Shown here: piece after piece, positions 54,701-64,000 of the stretch
Position numbering within the stretch: position 1 is the stretch's first letter
Layout: each line of letters opens with the position of its first letter
Assembly: GCA_964016885.1 (NCBI GenBank)
Contig: OZ024744.1
Coordinates: 54,374,001-54,438,000, forward strand
Origin: Eledone cirrhosa
Lineage: Eukaryota
DNA length: 64,000 bases
Reading direction: 5' to 3'
The notes under the pieces: model-generated
Databases searched by the model: none
What the model saw: only the letters and a program-made list of their open reading frames with translations
Told to the model about the DNA's origin: nothing
Made by a program: the position numbers and the translations under genes

Positions 54701-55555
54701 CATATTTAGTTGTGGTCGGTGTGTGTGTGTGTTTGTATATATTGCTTTTGTTTTTATTCAGCCTCATGTCATTCTTCATTACTTTTCTATACTAATGAAT
54801 TGTATCTGGAAAAATAAAATAATCTGATCGAACAGTACTGTAAAAAAACAAAAAAAATAAAAAAATTAAAGTAAGTGGCAGATGAAGGGAGGTAACTGAA
54901 TACAGACAGGTCTAATGATAATGTTTGTTACACAAGCAGCACAGTGTAGAGAATAGGAGAGTGGATGAAGGTCAGACTCATCCAATAACATTCCTGGTTA
55001 CATGGACAGAATGGTAGAGGAGATAGGGATGGGTGATAAAGGCTTGAAACAGTATCAATGAAGTGAGGAGACAGAATCAATGGAGGTCTATTCACTAGAA
55101 TTTGAAATTACTACTGTATCAAGCAATGTTCTACCTCCACACATTAACAGATAGTATGATCAGAATGGAATGTTGATTTTACAATGAGTCTTTCAGTTGT
55201 TTGATAAATGGAATAGTCTGGTTTTGTAATTAACTGGTAAGTGGCTGAGTATTCCACAGACATGTGTGCCCTAACTGTAATTCTCAAACTGATTCAGCAT
55301 GTTTCTGTCTACTTAGGTTCAATCAAAAGGTTACAATAAAGTACACTTGTCCAAGATGCCACATAGTGGGGTTGAACCTAGGACCTAATCATTGTAAAGC
55401 AAACTCCTTTAAAATTCAGCCATATTGTTTTCACATGGTATGATTAAACATCTGCTAAAGGAACAAATCAACATATGAGGTACACTCCAAGAAGTTTTGA
55501 CACTGTCTTTTCAGGCACTTTTAATTGATCTATGTAACTGTCCCTCTAATACATC

Positions 55556-58000
55556 TTTAGCAGCATAGTATATAAATGTTATTGAGACACGAGTAACATA
55601 ATAATGATGTCAACAGCAGAAATTAGAGATGAAATGTATGTTAATTTTTGTTGTAGCACAAATAATTGTTTCTACTTTAGGCACAAGGCCAGCAATTACC
55701 CAGTGCATTACTGGTACTTTATTTTATCGACCCCGTAAGGATGAAAGGCAAAGTTAATCTCGGCGGGATTTGAACTCAGTTCGTAAAGGGACGTAACTGT
55801 GCTGCAAAGCATAGCGTCCGACCCTCTGCCGATACTGCCAATCCACCGCCTTATACTGCCAATCCACCGCCTTGTTGTAGCACAAATAATGTTTATTAAC
55901 CTGTATGGTTGAAGTTACACATAAAATGAGGTTACAAAAGGAAATGTGCCATTGTGCCAGGCCCAAGGAAAGCCGACAGTCCAAAGTGCAAAATCTCACC
56001 ATTACATGTTGGCTAGTGATTTCACGACGAAAGAAAGTTAGTTGTTTACCTTTTCACAGTCAGGAAGCGAGAGGCTGATTCTTCAAATCAAAGCGGGAAT
56101 TTTTTCCTCAGAGATACATTCTCTTCTACTGGCGCTGATTGGCTGAGCTGAGCCAAATCACGCACAGAAAATGTATGTGAGCCCGCGGAATGTAGGTCAC
56201 TACAATACTCCCCCTCTAGACGTAAGACGATACAGATTATTGAATCAGCAGAAAAAAATGCTGAAAGAGCACATCAGTGAAAAAAAATAATTGAACAGAA
56301 GAATGCATGCAAGAAAAAAATGAGGCGCTAAGGGCCGTGTTGAGATGCTGTGTCAAATGACTAGCTGTTTTGTAGTTTATGCGTGACCACCAAAGGTCTA
56401 ACAGAAAATGGATAAAGTCTGACATGGGCGAAGTTGCTGTTCTTGCATTAAATGTTAATGGTAAGTGCTGTACCAGTATCTGTGGATGAAGCTATTATGG
56501 TAGTTTAACCATTGCTGGCAAGAAGCTGATGGGTAGGCGAGAAAATTTCGGCCTCCCAGATGTATTGCCGAAAGTGCTAGGCAGCCAGGAAAAAATGGCT
56601 GGTTGCTTTGAAAAGAAAAAAGCAAATTGAATTTGTAGGTGGGTAGTAGTTGCAGTGTAAATTCCATAATTCTGGCGAATCCATAGAAGTGGTGGAAATG
56701 CTGACAGGTCCAGTTCCATTTGTTTTCCCGGTGAGTCAGGTAAAGTAACAAGATGGAGGTTGTTATGGATGATGAGTGTGCAACGAGATGAGAAACTGTT
56801 TGAGTTCAGCTGCAATTAGCATTCTCGTGTTGCGGTGCAGGTGAATTAAGCTGCAAAGTGTTGATAGCATGTTTGGTGTCTCCACAAAGTGAGAAGGGAT
56901 CTCGCAGAACTTTACGACGTTTGAATATCACACACTAAGAACAACATGTTGGTGTGTGTCAAATAAATATGTGTGCATATGCAGGCATGTAATACAGCAA
57001 AGAATGTGTGGGTGCAGTCATATATACAATGATAGAGAGAGAAAAAAAATGTTCATATAATACAGTTCTAAAAGAATAAATATCCGAACATTGCCTAAAA
57101 GAAAAAAAAGGAAGAAAGAAAGAATTGTTTCTTTTCTTTGAGATTGCTCTTACTAGGAAGCTAGTAGAGTTGTTGTTGCTGTTGTTGTTGTTAAAGCAAG
57201 GTCAAGCGTTGAAGAGCCGTAAGTCACCACGTGAGTTCGGTGTTTGCTTGTTTGTATTGCAGGAAGCCGTATCGACAGAAAAATGTTTCCGTGCCATAAT
57301 TTTGAAAATACAGCTAATTTTTTTCTTTCAAAGATGTTGTTGCAGGCAGGTTCATGAAAGTTAAGCCACGTGTTGTCGCTGCTGCTGATGTATTTGGTAG
57401 TGGTGATAGCCATGTGTTACTGCTGATGGCGGGTAGTAGAGAAGTACTTGGTGGTAGCCATTTTGAAATTTCAACGTGGCGTAAAATTTTTAAAATACTG
57501 CTAATTTTTTTTTTTATTTCAAAAGGAATATTTTGTACTGAAAATATTCATCACGTTGGGGTCACCAGTTTTAGCAGCATAGCATATAAATGTTATTGAG
57601 ACACGAGTAACATAATAATGTCAACAGCAGAAATTAGTGATGAAATGTATGTTTATTTTTGTTGTAGCACAAATAATGTTTGTTAACCTGTATGGTTGAA
57701 GTTACACATAAAATGAGGTTACAAAAGGGAATGTGCCATTGTGCCAGGCCCAAGGAAAGCCGGCAGGCCAAAGTGCAAAATCTCACCGTTACATGTTGGC
57801 TAGTGATTTCACGACGAAAGAAAGTTAGTTGTTTACCTTTTCACAGTCAGGAAGCGAGAGAGTGATTCTTCAAATCAAAGTGGGAATTTTTCCCTCAAGG
57901 CGCGTAGAGATACATTCTCTTCTACTGGCGCTGATTGGCTGAGCTGAGCCAAATCACGCACAGAGAATGTATGTGAGCCCACGGAATGTAAGTCACTACA
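55556..58000 (-). mobile_element. Small non-autonomous Gypsy-like LTR element
   Basis: LTRs 55556-56204 and 57570-58000; PBS TGGTGACCCCAACGTGA (tRNA-Trp-like) at ~57551-57567; PPT AGAGGGGGAGTAT at 56205-56217; 4-bp TSD CATC. Confidence 0.88.
55667..55872 (-). mobile_element. tRNA-derived SINE inserted in the 3' LTR
   Basis: A and B boxes; ~19-bp TSD ttgttgtagcacaaataat. Confidence 0.88.
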
Positions 58001-58049
58001 CATCCTTGATAAGGTTATACTAAGCTAACATGCCAAATCTTTTTTTTTT

Positions 58050-58590
58050 CAGGTTGAACGTTCAGGCTGCTACAGCACTTTAAACACTACCAGTCATACA
58101 CATCTTGTCACAGTTGACTGGTTCCACAATGGACTCAGGATGTGAGGACAATTCAGAGGCTCAATATGCAATAAAGTTTTGTGTCAAGCTTGGCAATAAC
58201 ACTGAAGAAACCTATGAAATGGTCTAAACTGCTTACTGACTAACTTTTATGAGCTGGGTGACTGTTTTCTGCTGGCAAAAGGTTCCAGGAAGGTAGGGAG
58301 CAGGTGAGGGATGATGAGAGGTGTGGCAGGGAGAAGAGGACCACCATGCATCTCTTCTGACAATTGCTAAACAATTTGAAGTGGCTGAGGACAGTGTGCA
58401 AAGTTTGTTCCCAGGGTGCTCAATGAAGATCAAAGGCAGAGGTGCATTGATGACAGCAGGGAGATGGTTGAGTGGATCACTTCAAATCCAAGTGTCCTTG
58501 AGTCTCCGGTAACCTGTGATGAGAGCTGGGTCTATTGTTATGATCCAGAGACCAAAAGATAGAGTACTCAGTGGAAATATTCTGACTAGA
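58050..58590 (+). mobile_element. Mariner transposase remnant
   Basis: QYAIKFCVKLGNNTEETYEM and VTCDESWVYCYDPETKR. Confidence 0.8.
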
Positions 58591-59103
58591 GTTTTGTGTT
58601 GATCTGAGTTAAATAAATGTCACTCTGATAAGACCCCTTGAGTGTACGTTGTGCAGTTAACCACCTTTATAGTTATGAAATAGTGAACCTTTGTAGATTA
58701 ATATTAAGATTACATATCCATTCAGAATACATTTTGATATACCAGCATAAACAACTAGGGTGTTCTCCCCTCTAGTGTTGATTAATAAGTACTTGGGAGA
58801 TATCAGCACTTCATTTGAGTAACAATTGTGTATACTAATAGAAATGTCACAGCTTTTTATTAAAAAATCAGGTGGAAAAAGCTGCATATCTACTGAACCT
58901 AACTCTGGGTTTAAAATACTAAGTATTGAATCCAAAATATTGTAAACATAAAGTGTGACTTATCTATCATTGTGACTAATATATGAGAATATATGCTATA
59001 TATTTTTCTCATACAAAACTGATATAGTTCCTCTTAAGTCATAAGAAATTCAAAAATAAAGTGAGTAAGGAGAAAGAGCAGGAGGAATAACTTTACCACT
59101 TAC

Positions 59104-59238
59104 TTTTTTCACACCTTTTACCATAATAACCTGTAGCAATACATTCACATTTGAATGTTCGTCTTCTACCTGGACGTTTTATTTGACAACACACTCCACT
59201 ATGTTTACACATTCCTTTAGGACACAACCAGTCTTCAC
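59104..59238 (-). CDS. Internal exon encoding an EGF-like domain (host gene)
   Basis: tttttcAG|GT GAA GAC TGG...GAA AAA A|GTAAGT; 135 nt, phase 1-1; C..MCKHSGVC...FKCECIATGYYGKRCE. Confidence 0.85.
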
Positions 59239-59679
59239 CTGAAAAACAAAACCACACTGACAAATGAGATTTATCCATCCATCCATGGGCCCTACACCTC
59301 TGCTAGACTTGTAGAGGTGCTGTTGTGATATACAGTATGTCTTGGGTATATAAATCTGGTGGAGCCCAACCCTTTCAAGGATTTATATCAAATGGAACAA
59401 AACCGTCTAACCCATGCTAGCGTGGAAGATGGACATTAAACGATGATGATGATGATGATGATGATATATATATATATATATCATTTTCATCATTTCGTTT
59501 TACGTCCGCTTTTCCCTGCTTGCAAGGGTGGGACGGGAACTGATTCTGGCTTGATTTCTACAGCTGGATGCCCTTCCTAACACCAACCTCATTTAGTGTG
59601 AGTGGTGGGTGCTTTTTTCCGTGGCGCCTACACGTCAAATTTACAGTGGAATGATAGGGACCCCAGTCCCTATCATCTC

Positions 59680-59963
<284 letters not shown>

Positions 59964-60176
59964 TTAAAGTGTACATCTACATATGTATACGGAAGTACTA
60001 GTATGCATATAAATACACACATGTATACATATGTACATGTACCGAGTTTTTCACTAGACACTTTACAGTGAGTGTCCAGCTAGTCTGTATGTAAACAAAC
60101 AGACGAACCGGGTTTTAAAGTCATACGAGTTTTCAAGGAAACACACTTCCTCTATTCTCCAGAGAGCCAGACAGGA

Positions 60177-60219
60177 ATATTGGACTAGTTTCGATGTTAT
60201 TACATCTCATCAGCAATAT
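60177..60219 (-). ncRNA. Canonical minimal type-I hammerhead (left arm)
   Basis: Reverse complement of 60257-60299. Confidence 0.9.
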
Positions 60220-60256
60220 ATACCCATCTTCTCCAGAGAAGCCGGAAGATGGGTAT

Positions 60257-60299
60257 ATATTGCTGATGAGATGTAATAACATCGAAACTAGTCCAATAT
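60257..60299 (+). ncRNA. Canonical minimal type-I hammerhead (right arm)
   Basis: ATATTG CTGATGA GATGT aata ACATC GAAAC TA GTC CAATAT. Confidence 0.9.
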
Positions 60300-60581
60300 T
60301 CCTGTCTGGCTCTCTGGAGAATAGAGGAAGTGTGTTTCCTTGAAAACTCGTATGACTTTAAAACCCGGTTCGTCTGTTTGTTTACATACAGACTAGCTGG
60401 ACACTCACTGTAAAGTGTCTAGTGAAAAACTCGGTACATGTACATATGTATACATGTGTGTATTTATATGCATACTAGTACTTCCGTATACATATGTAGA
60501 TGTACACTTTAACTTAATTGTTTAAGCGTCAGTCATACAAAAGTGAGTTAGAAGCGAAATTTAATTTCGTTTCGTTATTTG

Positions 60582-60720
<139 letters not shown>

Positions 60721-61070
60721 CAGATTAAAGTTTAAGCAAAGAATCGCCACTTGCACCCTTTTACAGGATATGATATATATATATGTATACAATCCTTATC
60801 AAGCCCTCTTTGGATTTTAGTCTTCACATATATTATTACTGTATATATATATATATATGGTTACTCCCGATTAAACCCGGGATACACATATCTATCTATC
60901 TCTCACTCTCTCTCTCTCTATATATATATAAATTATGTTATTATGTTAGTAACATGTGGTTACTTGCAGTGATACTGGTCAAAACACTCGATGCTGATAC
61001 GGGGTCTGTCTCACTCTTGTTTAAGGCAGCTGTAGTTTGCAGAGTGTATATATATATATATATATATATA

Positions 61071-61300
61071 GTGACAATAAGAAGTCAGATTTCCAGGTTG
61101 TTATAAAACTTTATTGCATATGACAACTGTTTTGATATCAATCAGCTGGGACCACCCATGTAAACTCACATATCTAAAGAGGTGGCGATTAAGAGTTGGG
61201 ATCCAATCGCCTGATCAAACCCAAGCTGATCAATATCGAAACAGTTGTAATATGCAATAAAGTTTCATAACAAGCTGCAAATCTGACTTCTTATTGTCAC
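61071..61300 (+). mobile_element. Short inverted-repeat insert in (TA)n containing a branched-stem-II hammerhead relic (61169-61254)
   Basis: Arms ~61071-61150 and ~61220-61300; CATAT CTAAAGA ggt...atc GAAAC AGTT GTA ATATG followed by AATAAA. Confidence 0.7.
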
Positions 61301-61308
61301 TATATATA

Positions 61309-61395
<87 letters not shown>

Positions 61396-62424
61396 ATCTA
61401 TAGAAGTGTGAGAAGCTCAGAGGCAGAAATAACTGTAAAACCGCCAGTTGTTATCATAGCATAGAAATTTGGGTAAAATACCCCAAGGATGGAAAAAAGT
61501 GGTCAGTTGCAGCCAATGAACTCAAAACCATCTAGGAATGGCAGCAAGTGGCTGTGAGAGCAGAAGGAAAAGGTAGGAGGGAGAGAGAGAAAAGCAGACA
61601 GATATAGAAATAGAAAATGCATTGTTACCTCATCAGTTTCCAGCTATCTGAACAGTATTGTGTGGTATTGGAAGTACCATTCATTTTACAATAGTTTGCC
61701 CAGCAGAACATAAATATATCAGCTTAAAACCTTTAAAACTCCCACAGTGAGACTAATGTATGATTATTGTACATAAATATATTGTATATGTTTTCATATA
61801 CACCTCTAATATCTGGGGAGAGGAATAATTGATCCCAGTACTAGACTTCTACTTTATTTGTGAACCTTGAAAATACAAAAAAGTCAAGTTGATGTCCGTG
61901 GTATCTGAACACATATCCAACATTTTAATGACTGTCAATTCACCTCCTTAAGACTAATGAGATAAGCAAGGTCAAAATTTAATTTTGAAATGAGAGGCAC
62001 TCAGCTCAAATGGAAAGTATTTCAAATTCCATGAAGAGGAATTTTAACAAAGGAAGGACTTATCAAAAAAATGTTAGAGAGGGAATTGAAACTTGAGAAG
62101 AATAATTTACAAAAGAAGAAGAAAAAGACATTCTAAACTGTGATAACTGTAATAATGGTTGGTCACTATAAATTAATAGTTGAGCAGGTGACGAACACAT
62201 AAAGATAGATAGAACAAAAATGGGACAGAAGCTAGAAGTGTAAACACCTGGTTGACTTTAGCAAAACAGGTACAAGTTAAAATTTGAAATGGAGTCATCT
62301 CAACAATATATTAATGGTCAACCACTATACAGTTAAGAAAATTGGATAAAGTACTACTGGAGATAGAATAAAGTAGATAAAGGTGCCTTCAGCCCTTCAT
62401 ATATTGCAGGCACTTCTCTGCAGA

Positions 62425-64000
62425 GTGCAGTGAACTATATCACACTGTGGTACCTACTTACAAATAGGTGGACTGTTGACAGTGGAGTATCTTGGTTATA
62501 GACACAGTACAGTGAACTATACCACACTGTGGTACCTACTTACAGCTAGGTGGAATGTTGATAGTTAAGTATCTTGGTTATAGACACAGTACAGTGAACT
62601 ATACCACACTGTGGTACCTACTTACAGCTAGGTGGACTGTTGACAGTTAAGTGTCTTGGTTATAGAGACAATAGGGTGAACTATACCACACTGTGGTACC
62701 TACTGACAGCTAGGTGGACTGGACTGTTGACAGTTAAGTCTTGGTTATAGACAGAGTACAGTGAACTATACCACACTGTGGTACCTACTTACAACTAGGT
62801 GGACTGTTGGCAGTTAAGTGTCTTGGTTATAGACACAGTAGAGTGAACTATACCACACTGTGGTACCTACTTACAACTAGGTGTACTGTTGACAGTTAAG
62901 TGTCTAGGTTATAGACACAGTACAGTGAACTATACCACACTGTGGTACATACTTACAGCTAGGTGGACTGTTGACAGTTAAGTGTCTTGGTTATAGAGAT
63001 AGTACAGTGAACTATACCACACTGTGGTACCTACTTACAGCTAGGTGGACTGTTGACAGTTAAGTGTCTTGGTTATAGAGACAATACAGTGAACTATACC
63101 ACACTGTGGTACCTACTTACAGCTAGGTGGACTGGACTGATGACAGTTAAGTCTCTTGGATATAGATACAGTACAGTGAACTATACCACACTGTGGTACC
63201 TACTTACAGCTAGGTGGACTGTTGACAGTTAAGTGTCTTAGTTATAGACACAGTACAATGAACTATACCACAATGTGGTACCTACTTAGAGCTGGGTAGA
63301 CTGTTGACAGTTAAGTGTCTTGGTTATAGACACAGTACAGTGAACTATACCACACTCTGGTACCTACTTACAACTAGGTGGACTGTTTACAGTGGAGTGT
63401 CTTGGTTATAGACACAGTACAGTGAACTAAACCACACTATGGTACCTACTTACAGCTAGGTGGACAGTTGACAGTTAAGTGTCTTGGTTATAGACACAGT
63501 ACAGTGAACTATACCACACTGTGGTACCTACTTACAGCTAGGTGAACTGTTGACAGTTAAGTGTCTTGGTTATAGACAGAGTACAGTGAACTATACCACA
63601 CTGTGGTACCTACTTACAGCTAGGTGAACTGTTGACAGTTAAGTGTCTTGGTTATAGACACAGTACAGTGTTCTATAGCTCATTGTGGTACCTACTTACA
63701 GCTAGGTGGACTGTTGACAGTTAAGTGTCTTGGTTATAGACACAGTACAGTGAAGTATACAACACTGTGGTACCTACTTACAGCTAGGTGGACTGTTGAC
63801 AATTAAGTGTCTTGGTTATAGACACAGTACAGTGAACTATACTACACTGTGCTACCTACTTACAGCTAGGTGGGCTGGACTGTTGACAGTTAAATCCTGG
63901 TTATAGACACAGCACAGTGAACTATACCACACTGTGGTACCTACTTACAGCTAGGTGGACTTGACTGTTGACATTTAAGTCTTGGTTATAGACACAGTAT
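62425..64000. repeat. 82-bp minisatellite, ~19 copies, runs off the window
   Basis: Unit acagtacagtgaactataccacactgtggtacctacttacagctaggtggactgttgacagttaagtgtcttggttatagac. Confidence 0.97.

Noticed and set aside
54100-55200. Possible LINE endonuclease remnant on the minus strand
   Set aside because: Too decayed to assign motifs confidently.
61620-61650. CTGATGA motif or micro-exon on the minus strand
   Set aside because: GAAA precedes rather than follows the core and no stems form; splice-site evidence alone is insufficient.
62425-64000. CRISPR-like array
   Set aside because: Whole units repeat without unique spacers, the context is eukaryotic, and there are no cas genes.

Overview
Eukaryotic, AT-rich, microsatellite-laden DNA. 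The tRNA-derived SINEs and (TA)n/(CA)n tracts suggest a cephalopod (octopus-like) genome; this is inference. Most short ORFs in the track are microsatellite artefacts. Bases ~1-46.4 kb are a cluster of retroelements inserted into (TA)n: Penelope-like elements (PLEs; RT + GIY-YIG) of Naiad-like, Neptune-like and Penelope/Poseidon-like types, plus R4/Dong-like and RTE-like LINE remnants. Main observations: (1) A near-intact GIY-YIG PLE (18530-23860, minus) has a coiled-coil-like ORF1 joined to its RT-EN ORF2 through an in-frame U_UUU_UUA heptamer followed by a stem-loop. This is a candidate gag-pol-like -1 ribosomal frameshift. (2) About 20 hammerhead-ribozyme (HHR) motifs were found by eye. Many are non-canonical: U3-A8, U4C, U4A, CUGAUAGA cores, and stem II expanded up to ~104 nt. 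(3) Non-coding HHR-bearing units occur as a 615-bp near-perfect tandem array, an alternating-orientation trimer and head-to-head palindromes (retrozyme-like). Bases ~46.6-64 kb look like CpG-poorer genic/intronic DNA. They hold a phase-1/1 EGF-like exon, hAT and mariner remnants, a small tRNA-Trp-primed LTR element, TTAA MITEs and an 82-bp minisatellite. All alignments and folds were done by eye; nothing was computed or searched.
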